Origin: Escherichia coli
GTDB lineage: Bacteria; Pseudomonadota; Gammaproteobacteria; Enterobacterales; Enterobacteriaceae
NCBI RefSeq assembly: GCF_003019035.1
Contig: NZ_CP027447.1
Direction: 5' to 3' (one strand)
DNA: 64,000 nt
The stretch's first letter is position 1; each line of letters begins with the position of its first letter. The position numbers and the translations under genes were made by a program. The notes beneath the pieces were generated by a model. The model saw only the letters and a list, made by a program, of their open reading frames with translations, searched no databases and had not been told where the DNA came from. Of this stretch, positions 9,701 to 22,171 are shown piece after piece.

Positions 9701-9718
9701 TTTTTCTCCCTGATTGGC
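9701..9718 (+). promoter_or_regulatory. BaeR box in mdtA promoter (TTTTTCTCCCTGATTGGC)
   Basis: Matches the remembered BaeR consensus TTTTTCTCCATDATTGGC at 17 of 18 positions; lies about 55 nt upstream of the mdtA ATG. Confidence 0.6.
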
Positions 9719-9771
9719 TGGCTACACTAGTATCATTCCGCGAAACGTTTCAGGAAGAGAAACTCTTAACG

Positions 9772-11019
9772 ATGAAAGGCAGTTATAAATCCCGTTGGGT
9801 AATCGTAATCGTGGTGGTTATCGCCGCCATCGCCGCATTCTGGTTCTGGCAAGGCCGCAATGACTCCCGGAGTGCAGCCCCAGGGGCGACGAAACAAGCG
9901 CAGCAATCGCCAGCGGGTGGTCGCCGTGGTATGCGTTCCGGCCCATTAGCCCCGGTTCAGGCGGCGACCGCCGTAGAACAGGCTGTTCCGCGTTACCTCA
10001 CCGGGCTTGGCACCATTACCGCCGCTAATACTGTTACGGTGCGCAGCCGCGTGGACGGTCAACTGATGGCGTTGCATTTCCAGGAAGGCCAGCAGGTCAA
10101 AGCTGGCGATTTATTGGCAGAAATTGACCCCAGCCAGTTCAAAGTTGCATTAGCACAAGCCCAGGGCCAACTGGCAAAAGATAAAGCCACGCTTGCCAAC
10201 GCCCGCCGTGACCTGGCGCGTTATCAACAACTGGCAAAAACCAATCTCGTATCTCGTCAGGAACTGGATGCCCAACAAGCGCTGGTCAGTGAAACCGAAG
10301 GCACCATTAAGGCTGATGAAGCAAGCGTCGCCAGCGCACAGCTGCAACTCGACTGGAGCCGCATCACCGCACCAGTCGATGGTCGCGTTGGTCTCAAGCA
10401 GGTTGATGTTGGTAACCAAATCTCCAGTGGTGATACCACCGGGATTGTGGTGATCACCCAGACGCATCCTATCGATTTGCTCTTTACCCTGCCGGAAAGC
10501 GATATCGCTACCGTTGTGCAGGCGCAAAAAGCCGGAAAACCGCTGGTTGTTGAAGCCTGGGATCGCACCAACTCGAAGAAATTAAGTGAAGGCACGCTGT
10601 TAAGTCTCGATAACCAAATCGATGCCACTACCGGTACGATTAAAGTGAAAGCACGCTTTAATAATCAGGATGATGCACTGTTTCCCAATCAGTTTGTTAA
10701 CGCGCGTATGTTAGTCGACACCGAACAAAACGCCGTGGTGATCCCCACCGCCGCCCTGCAAATGGGCAATGAAGGCCATTTTGTCTGGGTGCTGAATAGC
10801 GAAAACAAGGTCAGCAAACATCTGGTGACGCCGGGCATTCAGGACAGTCAGAAAGTGGTGATCCGCGCAGGTATTTCTGCAGGCGACCGCGTAGTGACGG
10901 ATGGCATTGATCGTCTGACCGAAGGGGCGAAAGTGGAAGTGGTTGAAGCTCAAAGCGCCACCACTTCGGAAGAGAAAGCCACCAGCCGCGAATACGCGAA
11001 AAAAGGAGCGCGCTCCTGA
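9772..11019 (+). CDS. mdtA: RND efflux membrane fusion protein MdtA
   Basis: ATG at 9772 gives [23 protein letters not shown] (N-terminal TM anchor), 415 aa. The ORF-track start at 9625 is an in-frame upstream extension. Stop overlaps the mdtB start. Confidence 0.9.
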   Translation: MKGSYKSRWVIVIVVVIAAIAAFWFWQGRNDSRSAAPGATKQAQQSPAGGRRGMRSGPLAPVQAATAVEQAVPRYLTGLGTITAANTVTVRSRVDGQLMALHFQEGQQVKAGDLLAEIDPSQFKVALAQAQGQLAKDKATLANARRDLARYQQLAKTNLVSRQELDAQQALVSETEGTIKADEASVASAQLQLDWSRITAPVDGRVGLKQVDVGNQISSGDTTGIVVITQTHPIDLLFTLPESDIATVVQAQKAGKPLVVEAWDRTNSKKLSEGTLLSLDNQIDATTGTIKVKARFNNQDDALFPNQFVNARMLVDTEQNAVVIPTAALQMGNEGHFVWVLNSENKVSKHLVTPGIQDSQKVVIRAGISAGDRVVTDGIDRLTEGAKVEVVEAQSATTSEEKATSREYAKKGARS

Positions 11020-14000
11020 TGCAGGTGTTACCCCCGAGCAGCACAGGCGGCCCGTCGCGCCTGTTTATTATGCGTCCGGTGGCCACCACGCTGCTGATGG
11101 TGGCGATCTTACTCGCCGGGATTATCGGTTATCGCGCCCTGCCCGTTTCGGCGCTGCCGGAAGTGGACTATCCAACCATTCAGGTGGTCACCCTCTACCC
11201 AGGTGCGAGCCCGGATGTCATGACCTCTGCCGTTACCGCGCCGCTTGAACGCCAGTTTGGGCAGATGTCTGGCCTGAAACAGATGTCGTCGCAAAGTTCC
11301 GGCGGTGCGTCAGTTATCACTTTGCAGTTCCAGCTAACATTACCGCTCGATGTCGCCGAGCAGGAAGTGCAGGCCGCGATTAACGCTGCGACCAACTTGT
11401 TGCCGAGCGATCTGCCTAACCCGCCGGTTTACAGCAAAGTGAACCCGGCAGATCCGCCGATCATGACGCTCGCTGTCACCTCAACCGCCATGCCGATGAC
11501 GCAAGTGGAAGATATGGTGGAAACCCGCGTCGCGCAAAAAATCTCGCAGATTTCCGGCGTCGGCCTGGTGACGCTTTCCGGCGGCCAGCGTCCGGCTGTT
11601 CGCGTCAAACTTAACGCCCAGGCGATTGCCGCCCTCGGCCTGACCAGCGAAACCGTGCGCACCGCTATTACCGGCGCTAACGTTAACTCGGCAAAAGGTA
11701 GCCTCGACGGCCCTTCCCGTGCGGTTACGCTTTCCGCTAACGATCAGATGCAATCCGCCGAAGAGTATCGCCAGCTAATCATCGCCTACCAGAACGGCGC
11801 GCCGATTCGTCTGGGCGATGTCGCAACTGTAGAGCAAGGTGCAGAAAACAGTTGGCTCGGCGCATGGGCGAACAAAGAACAGGCCATTGTGATGAATGTT
11901 CAGCGCCAGCCCGGTGCTAACATTATCTCCACCGCCGACAGCATCCGGCAGATGCTGCCACAGCTCACCGAGAGTCTGCCGAAATCGGTGAAGGTGACGG
12001 TGCTTTCTGACCGCACCACCAACATCCGCGCATCGGTCGACGATACCCAGTTTGAATTAATGATGGCTATCGCGCTGGTAGTCATGATTATCTACCTGTT
12101 TTTGCGCAATATTCCGGCGACCATTATTCCTGGCGTCGCAGTGCCGCTGTCGTTAATCGGCACCTTCGCAGTCATGGTGTTTCTCGATTTTTCGATCAAT
12201 AACCTGACGCTGATGGCGTTAACTATCGCCACCGGATTCGTGGTCGATGACGCCATCGTGGTGATCGAGAACATTTCGCGCTATATCGAAAAAGGCGAAA
12301 AACCGCTGGCGGCGGCGCTCAAAGGCGCGGGTGAAATCGGCTTTACCATTATCTCGCTGACCTTCTCACTGATTGCAGTGTTGATCCCACTGTTATTTAT
12401 GGGCGATATCGTCGGGCGACTGTTCCGCGAATTTGCCATTACTCTGGCAGTCGCGATTTTGATCTCAGCCGTGGTGTCGCTGACCCTGACGCCGATGATG
12501 TGCGCACGGATGCTCAGCCAGGAGTCACTGCGTAAACAGAACAGCTTCTCCCGTGCCTCGGAGAAAATGTTCGACAGGATAATCGCCGCCTATGGTCGTG
12601 GACTGGCGAAAGTGCTGAATCATCCGTGGCTGACTTTAAGCGTGGCACTCAGCACTCTGCTGCTTAGTGTTCTCTTGTGGGTGTTCATTCCGAAAGGTTT
12701 CTTCCCAGTACAGGACAACGGCATTATTCAGGGCACTTTGCAGGCACCGCAATCCAGCTCCTTTGCCAATATGGCCCAGCGGCAACGCCAGGTCGCGGAT
12801 GTGATTTTGCAGGATCCGGCAGTGCAAAGCCTGACCTCGTTTGTTGGCGTTGATGGCACTAACCCGTCGCTGAACAGTGCGCGTTTGCAGATCAACCTCA
12901 AACCGTTGGATGAACGTGATGATCGGGTGCAAAAAGTCATCGCCCGTCTGCAAACGGCGGTAGATAAAGTGCCGGGCGTCGATCTCTTCCTGCAACCAAC
13001 GCAGGACCTGACTATTGATACTCAGGTCAGCCGCACCCAGTACCAGTTTACCTTGCAGGCCACGTCACTGGATGCGCTCAGTACCTGGGTGCCACAGTTG
13101 ATGGAAAAACTCCAGCAGCTGCCACAGCTTTCTGATGTCTCCAGCGACTGGCAGGACAAAGGGCTGGTGGCGTATGTCAATGTTGATCGCGACAGCGCCA
13201 GCCGTCTGGGGATCAGCATGGCGGACGTCGATAACGCCCTTTACAACGCGTTTGGTCAGCGACTGATTTCCACTATTTATACTCAGGCCAACCAGTATCG
13301 CGTGGTGCTGGAGCACAACACCGAAAATACTCCTGGGCTTGCGGCGCTGGATACTATTCGCCTGACCAGCAGCGACGGCGGCGTGGTGCCGCTAAGCTCA
13401 ATTGCCAAAATTGAGCAGCGTTTTGCGCCGCTTTCCATCAACCATCTGGATCAGTTCCCGGTAACGACCATCTCCTTTAACGTGCCGGATAACTATTCGC
13501 TGGGCGATGCGGTGCAAGCGATTATGGACACCGAAAAGACGCTGAATCTGCCGGTGGATATCACCACGCAGTTCCAGGGCAGCACCCTCGCCTTCCAGTC
13601 GGCGCTGGGCAGCACGGTCTGGCTGATTGTCGCGGCGGTGGTGGCGATGTATATCGTGCTCGGCATTCTGTACGAGAGCTTTATTCACCCGATCACCATT
13701 CTCTCGACGCTACCCACCGCAGGGGTCGGCGCGCTGCTGGCGTTAATGATTGCCGGTAGCGAACTGGATGTGATTGCCATTATCGGCATTATTTTGCTGA
13801 TCGGTATCGTGAAGAAGAACGCCATCATGATGATCGACTTCGCGCTGGCTGCCGAGCGCGAGCAAGGCATGTCGCCGCGCGATGCAATCTACCAGGCTTG
13901 TCTGTTGCGTTTTCGTCCGATCCTGATGACCACCCTGGCGGCTCTGCTCGGCGCGCTACCGCTGATGTTGAGTACCGGGGTCGGCGCGGAACTGCGTCGT

Positions 14001-14141
14001 CCGTTAGGTATCGGCATGGTCGGCGGTCTGATTGTCAGCCAGGTGCTGACGCTGTTTACCACGCCGGTGATTTATCTGCTATTCGACCGCCTGGCATTGT
14101 GGACCAAAAAACGCTTTGCTCGTCATGAAGAGGAGGCGTAA
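11019..14141 (+). CDS. mdtB: RND multidrug efflux transporter MdtB
   Basis: 1040-aa ORF with AcrB-like 12-TM architecture; part of a contiguous operon. Confidence 0.93.
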   Translation: MQVLPPSSTGGPSRLFIMRPVATTLLMVAILLAGIIGYRALPVSALPEVDYPTIQVVTLYPGASPDVMTSAVTAPLERQFGQMSGLKQMSSQSSGGASVITLQFQLTLPLDVAEQEVQAAINAATNLLPSDLPNPPVYSKVNPADPPIMTLAVTSTAMPMTQVEDMVETRVAQKISQISGVGLVTLSGGQRPAVRVKLNAQAIAALGLTSETVRTAITGANVNSAKGSLDGPSRAVTLSANDQMQSAEEYRQLIIAYQNGAPIRLGDVATVEQGAENSWLGAWANKEQAIVMNVQRQPGANIISTADSIRQMLPQLTESLPKSVKVTVLSDRTTNIRASVDDTQFELMMAIALVVMIIYLFLRNIPATIIPGVAVPLSLIGTFAVMVFLDFSINNLTLMALTIATGFVVDDAIVVIENISRYIEKGEKPLAAALKGAGEIGFTIISLTFSLIAVLIPLLFMGDIVGRLFREFAITLAVAILISAVVSLTLTPMMCARMLSQESLRKQNSFSRASEKMFDRIIAAYGRGLAKVLNHPWLTLSVALSTLLLSVLLWVFIPKGFFPVQDNGIIQGTLQAPQSSSFANMAQRQRQVADVILQDPAVQSLTSFVGVDGTNPSLNSARLQINLKPLDERDDRVQKVIARLQTAVDKVPGVDLFLQPTQDLTIDTQVSRTQYQFTLQATSLDALSTWVPQLMEKLQQLPQLSDVSSDWQDKGLVAYVNVDRDSASRLGISMADVDNALYNAFGQRLISTIYTQANQYRVVLEHNTENTPGLAALDTIRLTSSDGGVVPLSSIAKIEQRFAPLSINHLDQFPVTTISFNVPDNYSLGDAVQAIMDTEKTLNLPVDITTQFQGSTLAFQSALGSTVWLIVAAVVAMYIVLGILYESFIHPITILSTLPTAGVGALLALMIAGSELDVIAIIGIILLIGIVKKNAIMMIDFALAAEREQGMSPRDAIYQACLLRFRPILMTTLAALLGALPLMLSTGVGAELRRPLGIGMVGGLIVSQVLTLFTTPVIYLLFDRLALWTKKRFARHEEEA

Positions 14142-17100
14142 GTGAAGTTTTTTGCCCTCTTCATTTACCGCCCGGTGGCGACGATTTTACTGTCGGTCGC
14201 CATTACCCTGTGCGGCATACTGGGTTTCCGTATGCTGCCAGTCGCCCCGCTGCCACAGGTCGATTTTCCGGTGATCATGGTCAGCGCCTCGCTGCCCGGT
14301 GCGTCACCAGAAACAATGGCGTCTTCCGTTGCCACGCCGCTGGAGCGCTCACTTGGGCGCATTGCCGGAGTCAGCGAAATGACCTCCAGCAGTTCGCTCG
14401 GCAGCACGCGCATTATTTTGCAGTTTGATTTTGACCGGGATATCAACGGCGCAGCGCGCGATGTGCAGGCGGCGATCAACGCCGCGCAAAGTCTGCTACC
14501 CAGCGGGATGCCCAGCCGTCCGACCTATCGCAAAGCGAACCCGTCGGATGCGCCAATTATGATCCTGACGCTAACCTCCGATACTTATTCGCAAGGTGAA
14601 CTGTACGATTTCGCCTCAACACAGCTGGCTCCGACGATTTCGCAAATCGACGGTGTCGGTGATGTCGATGTTGGCGGCAGCTCGCTGCCCGCCGTACGCG
14701 TCGGGCTGAATCCGCAGGCGCTGTTTAATCAGGGCGTCTCGCTGGACGACGTACGCACTGCCATCAGCAATGCCAACGTGCGTAAACCGCAGGGCGCGCT
14801 GGAAGATGGCACTCACCGCTGGCAGATCCAGACCAACGATGAACTGAAAACAGCCGCTGAATATCAGCCGTTGATTATTCATTACAACAACGGCGGCGCG
14901 GTTCGTCTGGGCGATGTGGCGACGGTGACCGACTCAGTACAGGATGTGCGCAACGCCGGGATGACCAACGCCAAACCGGCTATTTTGCTGATGATCCGCA
15001 AGCTGCCGGAAGCCAATATTATCCAGACGGTTGACAGCATCCGCGCCCGTCTGCCGGAATTACAATCCACCATCCCGGCAGCAATTGATCTGCAAATTGC
15101 CCAGGATCGCTCCCCTACTATCCGCGCGTCGCTGGAAGAGGTTGAGCAGACGCTGATTATCTCGGTGGCGCTGGTGATTCTGGTGGTGTTTTTATTCCTG
15201 CGCTCGGGTCGCGCCACTATTATTCCCGCCGTTGCGGTGCCGGTTTCGCTGATTGGTACGTTTGCGGCGATGTACCTGTGCGGATTCAGTCTCAATAACC
15301 TTTCGTTAATGGCACTCACCATCGCTACTGGTTTCGTGGTGGATGACGCCATCGTGGTGCTGGAAAACATTGCCCGTCACCTGGAAGCGGGGATGAAACC
15401 ACTACAGGCCGCACTGCAAGGTACTCGCGAAGTCGGTTTTACGGTGCTGTCGATGAGTCTGTCACTGGTGGCGGTGTTCCTGCCGCTGCTGTTGATGGGC
15501 GGATTGCCGGGTCGCCTGTTACGCGAGTTTGCCGTGACGCTTTCTGTCGCCATTGGTATTTCGTTGCTGGTTTCCCTGACGTTAACGCCGATGATGTGCG
15601 GCTGGATGCTGAAAGCCAGCAAGCCGCGCGAGCAAAAGCGACTGCGTGGTTTTGGTCGCATGTTGGTAGCCCTGCAACAAGGCTATGGCAAGTCGCTGAA
15701 ATGGGTGCTCAATCATACCCGTCTGGTGGGCGTGGTGCTGCTTGGCACCATTGCGCTGAATATCTGGCTGTATATCTCGATCCCGAAAACCTTCTTCCCG
15801 GAGCAGGACACCGGCGTGTTGATGGGCGGGATACAGGCGGATCAGAGTATTTCGTTTCAGGCGATGCGCAGTAAGTTGCAGGATTTTATGAAAATTATCC
15901 GTGACGATCCGGCGGTGGATAATGTCACCGGCTTTACCGGCGGTTCGCGGGTGAACAGTGGGATGATGTTTATCACCCTCAAGCCACGCGACGAACGCAG
16001 CGAAACGGCGCAGCAAATTATCGACCGTCTGCGCGTAAAACTGGCGAAAGAACCGGGGGCGAATCTGTTCCTGATGGCGGTACAGGATATTCGCGTTGGC
16101 GGACGTCAGGCTAACGCCAGCTACCAGTACACATTATTGTCCGACGATCTGGCGGCACTGCGCGAATGGGAGCCGAAAATCCGCAAAAAACTGGCGACGT
16201 TGCCGGAACTGGCGGACGTGAACTCCGATCAGCAGGATAACGGCGCGGAAATGAATCTGGTTTACGACCGCGACACCATGGCACGGCTGGGAATCGACGT
16301 GCAGGCCGCCAACAGCCTGTTAAATAACGCCTTCGGTCAGCGGCAAATCTCGACCATTTACCAGCCGATGAACCAGTATAAAGTGGTGATGGAAGTGGAT
16401 CCGCGCTATACCCAGGACATCAGTGCGCTGGAAAAAATGTTCGTTATCAATAACGAAGGAAAAGCGATCCCGCTGTCGTATTTCGCTAAATGGCAACCGG
16501 CGAATGCCCCACTATCGGTGAATCATCAGGGATTATCGGCGGCCTCGACCATCTCGTTCAACCTGCCGACCGGGAAATCGCTCTCGGACGCCAGTGCGGC
16601 GATCGATCGCGCAATGACCCAGCTTGGTGTGCCTTCGACGGTGCGCGGTAGTTTTGCCGGCACGGCGCAGGTGTTCCAGGAGACGATGAACTCGCAGGTG
16701 ATCCTGATTATCGCCGCCATCGCCACGGTGTATATCGTGCTGGGTATCCTTTACGAGAGTTACGTACATCCGCTGACGATTCTCTCCACCCTGCCCTCGG
16801 CGGGCGTTGGAGCGCTGTTGGCGCTGGAGCTGTTCAATGCCCCGTTCAGCCTAATCGCCCTGATAGGGATCATGCTATTAATCGGCATCGTGAAGAAAAA
16901 CGCCATTATGATGGTCGATTTTGCGCTCGAAGCCCAACGGCACGGTAACCTGACGCCGCAGGAAGCTATTTTCCAGGCCTGTCTGCTGCGTTTTCGCCCG
17001 ATTATGATGACTACCCTGGCGGCGCTGTTTGGCGCGCTGCCGCTGGTGTTGTCGGGCGGTGACGGCTCGGAGCTGCGGCAACCCCTGGGGATCACCATTG

Positions 17101-17219
17101 TCGGCGGTCTGGTAATGAGCCAGCTTCTGACGCTGTATACCACGCCGGTGGTGTATCTCTTTTTCGACCGTCTGCGGCTGCGTTTTTCGCGTAAACCTAA
17201 ACAAACGGTAACCGAGTAA
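14142..17219 (+). CDS. mdtC: RND multidrug efflux transporter MdtC
   Basis: 1025-aa ORF with GTG start directly after the mdtB stop; paralogous to MdtB. Confidence 0.93.
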   Translation: MKFFALFIYRPVATILLSVAITLCGILGFRMLPVAPLPQVDFPVIMVSASLPGASPETMASSVATPLERSLGRIAGVSEMTSSSSLGSTRIILQFDFDRDINGAARDVQAAINAAQSLLPSGMPSRPTYRKANPSDAPIMILTLTSDTYSQGELYDFASTQLAPTISQIDGVGDVDVGGSSLPAVRVGLNPQALFNQGVSLDDVRTAISNANVRKPQGALEDGTHRWQIQTNDELKTAAEYQPLIIHYNNGGAVRLGDVATVTDSVQDVRNAGMTNAKPAILLMIRKLPEANIIQTVDSIRARLPELQSTIPAAIDLQIAQDRSPTIRASLEEVEQTLIISVALVILVVFLFLRSGRATIIPAVAVPVSLIGTFAAMYLCGFSLNNLSLMALTIATGFVVDDAIVVLENIARHLEAGMKPLQAALQGTREVGFTVLSMSLSLVAVFLPLLLMGGLPGRLLREFAVTLSVAIGISLLVSLTLTPMMCGWMLKASKPREQKRLRGFGRMLVALQQGYGKSLKWVLNHTRLVGVVLLGTIALNIWLYISIPKTFFPEQDTGVLMGGIQADQSISFQAMRSKLQDFMKIIRDDPAVDNVTGFTGGSRVNSGMMFITLKPRDERSETAQQIIDRLRVKLAKEPGANLFLMAVQDIRVGGRQANASYQYTLLSDDLAALREWEPKIRKKLATLPELADVNSDQQDNGAEMNLVYDRDTMARLGIDVQAANSLLNNAFGQRQISTIYQPMNQYKVVMEVDPRYTQDISALEKMFVINNEGKAIPLSYFAKWQPANAPLSVNHQGLSAASTISFNLPTGKSLSDASAAIDRAMTQLGVPSTVRGSFAGTAQVFQETMNSQVILIIAAIATVYIVLGILYESYVHPLTILSTLPSAGVGALLALELFNAPFSLIALIGIMLLIGIVKKNAIMMVDFALEAQRHGNLTPQEAIFQACLLRFRPIMMTTLAALFGALPLVLSGGDGSELRQPLGITIVGGLVMSQLLTLYTTPVVYLFFDRLRLRFSRKPKQTVTE

Positions 17220-18635
17220 ATGACAGATCTTCCCGACAGCACCCGCTGGCAATTGTGGATTGTGGCTTTCGGCTTCTTTATGCAGTCGCTGGACACCACC
17301 ATCGTAAACACTGCCCTTCCCTCAATGGCGCAAAGCCTCGGGGAAAGTCCGTTGCATATGCACATGGTCATTGTCTCTTATGTGCTGACCGTGGCGGTGA
17401 TGCTGCCCGCCAGCGGCTGGCTGGCGGACAAAGTCGGCGTGCGCAATATTTTCTTTACCGCCATCGTGCTGTTTACTCTCGGTTCACTGTTTTGCGCGCT
17501 TTCCGGCACGCTGAACGAACTGTTGCTGGCACGCGCGTTACAGGGCGTTGGCGGTGCGATGATGGTGCCGGTCGGCAGGTTGACGGTGATGAAAATCGTA
17601 CCGCGCGAGCAATATATGGCGGCGATGACCTTTGTCACGTTACCCGGTCAGGTCGGGCCGCTGCTCGGTCCGGCGCTCGGCGGCCTGCTGGTGGAGTACG
17701 CCTCCTGGCACTGGATCTTTTTGATCAACATTCCGGTGGGGATTATCGGTGCGATCGCCACACTGATGTTAATGCCGAACTACACCATGCAGACGCGGCG
17801 CTTTGATCTCTCCGGCTTTTTATTGCTGGCGGTTGGCATGGCGGTATTAACGCTGGCACTGGATGGCAGTAAAGGTACAGGACTGTCGCCGCTAATCATC
17901 ACTGTGCTGGTGGCTGTGGGCGTGCTAGCCATTGCGCTTTATCTGCTGCATGCCAGAAACAATCATCGCGCCCTGTTCAGCCTGAAACTGTTTCGCACCC
18001 GCACCTTTTCGCTGGGCCTGGCGGGGAGCTTTGCCGGACGTATCGGCAGTGGCATGTTGCCCTTTATGACGCCGGTTTTCCTGCAAATTGGCCTCGGTTT
18101 CTCGCCGTTTCATGCCGGGTTGATGATGATCCCGATGGTGCTCGGCAGCATGGGGATGAAGCGAATTGTGGTACAGGTAGTGAATCGCTTTGGTTACCGT
18201 CGGGTACTGGTGTCGACCACGCTGGGCCTGTCGCTGGTCACCCTGCTGTTTATGACTACCGCTCTGCTGGGCTGGTACTACGTTTTGCCGTTCGTCCTGT
18301 TTTTACAAGGGATGGTCAACTCGACGCGTTTCTCCTCAATGAACACCCTGACGCTGAAAGATCTACCAGACAATCTGGCGAGCAGCGGCAACAGCCTGCT
18401 GTCGATGATTATGCAATTGTCGATGAGTATCGGCGTCACTATCGCCGGGCTGTTGCTGGGACTTTTTGGTTCACAGCATGTCAGCGTCGACAGCGGCACC
18501 ACACAAACCGTCTTTATGTACACCTGGCTTAGCATGGCGTTTATCATCGCCCTTCCGGCGTTCATCTTTGCCAGAGTGCCGAACGATACGCATCAAAATG
18601 TAGCTATTTCGCGGCGAAAAAGGAGCGCGCAATGA
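17220..18635 (+). CDS. mdtD: MFS transporter MdtD
   Basis: 471-aa polytopic membrane ORF starting immediately after the mdtC stop. Confidence 0.92.
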   Translation: MTDLPDSTRWQLWIVAFGFFMQSLDTTIVNTALPSMAQSLGESPLHMHMVIVSYVLTVAVMLPASGWLADKVGVRNIFFTAIVLFTLGSLFCALSGTLNELLLARALQGVGGAMMVPVGRLTVMKIVPREQYMAAMTFVTLPGQVGPLLGPALGGLLVEYASWHWIFLINIPVGIIGAIATLMLMPNYTMQTRRFDLSGFLLLAVGMAVLTLALDGSKGTGLSPLIITVLVAVGVLAIALYLLHARNNHRALFSLKLFRTRTFSLGLAGSFAGRIGSGMLPFMTPVFLQIGLGFSPFHAGLMMIPMVLGSMGMKRIVVQVVNRFGYRRVLVSTTLGLSLVTLLFMTTALLGWYYVLPFVLFLQGMVNSTRFSSMNTLTLKDLPDNLASSGNSLLSMIMQLSMSIGVTIAGLLLGLFGSQHVSVDSGTTQTVFMYTWLSMAFIIALPAFIFARVPNDTHQNVAISRRKRSAQ

Positions 18636-20035
18636 AGTTCTGGCGACCCGGTATTACCGGCAAACTGTTTCTGGCGATTTTCGCCACCTGCATTGTCTTA
18701 TTGATCACGATGCACTGGGCGGTACGTATCAGTTTTGAGCGCGGCTTTATCGATTACATCAAGCATGGTAATGAACAACGGCTGCAAATGCTCGGCGATG
18801 CGCTTGGTGAGCAGTACGCCCAGCACGGGAACTGGCGCTTCCTGCGTAATAACGATCGCTTTGTATTTCAGATCCTACGTTCGCTGGAGCATGATAACAA
18901 CGAAGATAAGCCCGGCCCCGGTATGCCGCCACACGGTTGGCGCACGCAATTCTGGGTGGTTGATCAAAACAACAAAGTGCTGGTTGGCCCGCGAGCACCG
19001 ATTCCACCCGACGGCACACGGCGGCCCATTATGGTCAATGGGGCGGAAGTGGGTGCGGTGATCGCCTCCCCTGTTGAACGACTGACCCGTAATACTGATA
19101 TCAATTTTGACAGACAACAGAGGCAAACCAGTTGGCTGATTGTCGCTTTATCTACCTTGTTAGCGGCGCTGGCGACATTCCCACTGGCGCGCGGTTTGCT
19201 GGCTCCGGTCAAACGACTGGTGGACGGTACACACAAACTGGCAGCGGGCGATTTCACTACTCGCGTGACGCCCACCAGTGAAGATGAATTGGGCAAACTG
19301 GCGCAAGACTTCAACCAGCTTGCCAGCACGCTGGAGAAAAACCAGCAAATGCGGCGCGATTTTATGGCCGATATTTCTCACGAACTGCGTACGCCATTAG
19401 CGGTGCTGCGCGGTGAACTGGAAGCCATTCAGGATGGCGTGCGCAAATTCACGCCGGAGACGGTGGCGTCTTTACAGGCGGAGGTCGGTACACTGACCAA
19501 ACTGGTTGACGATCTCCATCAGTTGTCGATGTCTGATGAAGGCGCTCTCGCCTATCAAAAAGCACCGGTAGATTTGATCCCACTGCTGGAAGTAGCGGGC
19601 GGCGCATTTCGCGAACGATTTGCCAGCCGTGGCCTGAAACTGCAATTTTCCCTGCCAGACAGTATTACCGTATTTGGCGATCGCGATCGTTTAATGCAGT
19701 TGTTCAATAACTTACTGGAAAACAGCCTGCGCTACACTGACAGCGGCGGCAGCCTGAAAATCTCTGCCGAGCAGCACGACAAAACGGTGCGCCTGACCTT
19801 TGCCGACAGTGCGCCGGGTGTCAGTGACGATCAGCTACAAAAATTGTTTGAACGTTTTTATCGCACCGAAGGTTCCCGCAACCGCGCCAGCGGTGGTTCC
19901 GGGCTGGGGCTGGCGATTTGCCTGAACATTGTTGAAGCACATAACGGCCGCATTATTGCCGCCCATTCGCCTTTTGGCGGGCTTAGCATTACAGTAGAGT
20001 TACCGCTGGAACGGGATTTACAGAGAGAAGTATGA
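18632..20035 (+). CDS. baeS: Envelope-stress sensor histidine kinase BaeS
   Basis: 467 aa with two N-terminal TM segments, an H-box ([12 protein letters not shown]) and an ATPase region with GGSGLGLAI; 4-nt overlap with mdtD. Confidence 0.93.
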
Positions 20036-20754
20036 CCGAGTTACCAATCGACGAAAACACACCGCGTATTTTGATCGTGGAAGATGAACCGAAGCTGGGG
20101 CAGTTGCTCATTGATTATCTGCGTGCTGCTAGCTATGCGCCAACGTTGATTAGCCACGGCGATCAGGTACTGCCATATGTGCGCCAGACACCACCGGATC
20201 TGATCCTGTTGGATCTGATGCTCCCTGGCACCGATGGCCTGACGCTGTGCCGGGAAATTCGTCGTTTTTCTGACATTCCGATCGTGATGGTGACGGCAAA
20301 AATCGAAGAGATCGACCGCCTGCTGGGGTTGGAGATTGGCGCAGATGACTATATCTGCAAGCCGTACAGCCCACGGGAAGTGGTAGCGCGCGTCAAAACC
20401 ATTTTGCGCCGTTGCAAACCGCAGCGTGAGTTGCAGCAACAGGATGCTGAAAGCCCGTTGATTATCGACGAAGGTCGTTTTCAGGCTTCATGGCGCGGTA
20501 AAATGCTTGACCTGACGCCTGCGGAATTTCGTCTGCTGAAAACGCTCTCTCATGAACCAGGAAAAGTGTTCTCCCGCGAGCAATTGCTCAATCATCTTTA
20601 TGACGACTACCGCGTAGTAACCGACCGCACCATCGACAGCCACATTAAAAACCTGCGCCGCAAGCTGGAATCTCTCGACGCCGAACAGTCATTTATCCGC
20701 GCCGTTTACGGCGTCGGTTACCGCTGGGAAGCCGACGCCTGCCGCATCGTTTAA
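20032..20754 (+). CDS. baeR: OmpR-family response regulator BaeR
   Basis: 240 aa with a receiver domain (ILIVEDEP...LDLMLPG) and a winged-helix C-terminus; 4-nt overlap with baeS. Confidence 0.93.
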
Positions 20755-20760
20755 TATTTT

Positions 20761-20800
20761 TACCTGCCGGAGAAGGCATTCACGCCGCATCCGGCAACAT
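20761..20800 (-). repeat. REP element
   Basis: Reverse complement reads ATGTTGCCGGATGCGGCGTGAATGCCTTCTCCGGCAGGTA, a classic REP palindrome. Confidence 0.7.
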
Positions 20801-20933
20801 TATCCCATGCATTGTCGGCTATCTGACATTATCTCTCCGCCCTGGCAAGCACCTGAAAATCGCTCATACTTTAATCGGCAAACAGTCCTTTTAGATGCTG
20901 TTTTCGATACGCAATTTCAATCAAGGAGTCATT

Positions 20934-21266
20934 ATGGCTGGTTGGTTTGAACTCAGTAAGAGCAGTGATAATCAGTTCCGGTTTGTGCTAAAAGCGGGCA
21001 ATGGTGAGACTATCCTCACCAGCGAGCTGTATACCTCAAAAGCCTCTGCGGAAAAGGGCATCGCGTCGGTACGTAGCAACAGCCCGCAAGAAGAACGCTA
21101 TGAGAAAAAAACGGCAAGCAACGGCAAATTCTATTTCAATCTGAAAGCCGCCAATCATCAAATTATCGGCTCCAGCCAGATGTACGCCACCGCGCAATCT
21201 CGTGAAACCGGAATTGCCTCCGTTAAAGCCAATGGCACAAGCCAGACGGTAAAAGACAATACGTAA
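20934..21266 (+). CDS. yegP: YegP, tandem DUF1508-type protein
   Basis: ATG at 20934 is preceded by AAGGAG at 20924-20929; 110-aa product MAGWFELSK... with an internally duplicated motif (FRFVLKAGNGE / FYFNLKAANHQ). Confidence 0.88.
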   Translation: MAGWFELSKSSDNQFRFVLKAGNGETILTSELYTSKASAEKGIASVRSNSPQEERYEKKTASNGKFYFNLKAANHQIIGSSQMYATAQSRETGIASVKANGTSQTVKDNT

Positions 21267-21519
21267 TTACGATGCCGGGCGTGGGTTGTTGGCGTCCGGC
21301 TTTATATCAAAACAACTCTTAGTTATTGATAATTAAGATTAACCTCCGCCATTAAAATAGTGGGCACTGACGAGCACTCGTTGTGCTTTCTTTGTTTACC
21401 ATCCCATACTTATCTTCCTGAACATGTTCATATGCCAAAATATCTTCTAATACTTTCGTGACGCTATCCGGTTTATGAAATACACTGATGTAAGATTTTT
21501 ACTTACAGGCGGGTGTAAA

Positions 21520-21771
21520 ATGGCCAGAACGATGACGGTTGATCTCGGCGATGAGTTGCGTGAATTTATCGAGTCCTTAATTGAATCCGGCGACTATCGC
21601 ACCCAAAGCGAAGTGATCCGTGAGTCGCTGCGCTTACTTCGAGAAAAGCAAGCAGAGTCTCGCCTGCAAGCGTTACGTGACATGCTCGCTGAAGGGTTGA
21701 GTAGTGGTGAAGCTCAGCCGTGGGAAAAGGACGCGTTTTTACGGAAGGTGAAAGCAGGGATAAGGAAATAA
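21520..21771 (+). CDS. ParD-family (RHH) type II antitoxin
   Basis: 83 aa from the ATG at 21520 (MARTMTVDLGDELREFIESLIESGDYRTQSEVIRESLRLL), a typical ParD N-terminus. An alternative start exists at 21475. Stop lies 1 nt before the partner gene start. Confidence 0.75.
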   Translation: MARTMTVDLGDELREFIESLIESGDYRTQSEVIRESLRLLREKQAESRLQALRDMLAEGLSSGEAQPWEKDAFLRKVKAGIRK

Positions 21772-21772
21772 T

Positions 21773-22069
21773 GTGCGTACTATAAAACTCATGCCAAAAG
21801 CCAATGAGGATTTAGAAGGCATCTGGTATTACAGCTATCACCATTTCGGCGAACCACAAGCCGACAGATATGTGGAACATCTTTCAGACGTTCTCCAGAT
21901 TCTGAGTAACAATAATATAGGTACGCCCAGACCTGAATTAGGCGAAGGTATTTTTGTTCTTCCTTTTGAACGCCACGTAATTTATTTCCTGCAATCACCA
22001 GAGGAAATTATCGTCATTCGTATCCTTAACCAAAACCAGTACGCCTCCAGACATTTACACTGGAGCTAA
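21773..22069 (+). CDS. ParE/RelE-fold type II toxin
   Basis: 98 aa from the GTG at 21773 (alternative ATG at 21791). The N-terminus (KANEDLEGIWYYSYHHFGEPQADRY) and C-terminus (HVIYFLQSPEEIIVIRILNQNQ) follow the ParE pattern. Confidence 0.75.
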   Translation: MRTIKLMPKANEDLEGIWYYSYHHFGEPQADRYVEHLSDVLQILSNNNIGTPRPELGEGIFVLPFERHVIYFLQSPEEIIVIRILNQNQYASRHLHWS

Positions 22070-22171
22070 ACCCGCCGATTGCGCTACAATGCCCGCCCTT
22101 AAAGTGGGGGCACTCCCCTAACCGCTTCATCAGGTGAAGCGGATCTGACCTGTCATCAGAACGAGAGAATT

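Noticed and set aside
9625-9771. Upstream in-frame extension of mdtA (464-aa version in the ORF track)
   Set aside because: The extension would cover the BaeR box and promoter. The ATG at 9772 starts the N-terminal membrane anchor and yields the expected protein size.
11100-17400. Numerous 60-200-aa ORFs on the minus strand within mdtB, mdtC and mdtD
   Set aside because: All lie antisense to long RND or MFS transporter genes and have Arg/Ala/Gly-rich composition typical of GC-rich antisense frames; no independent start signals.
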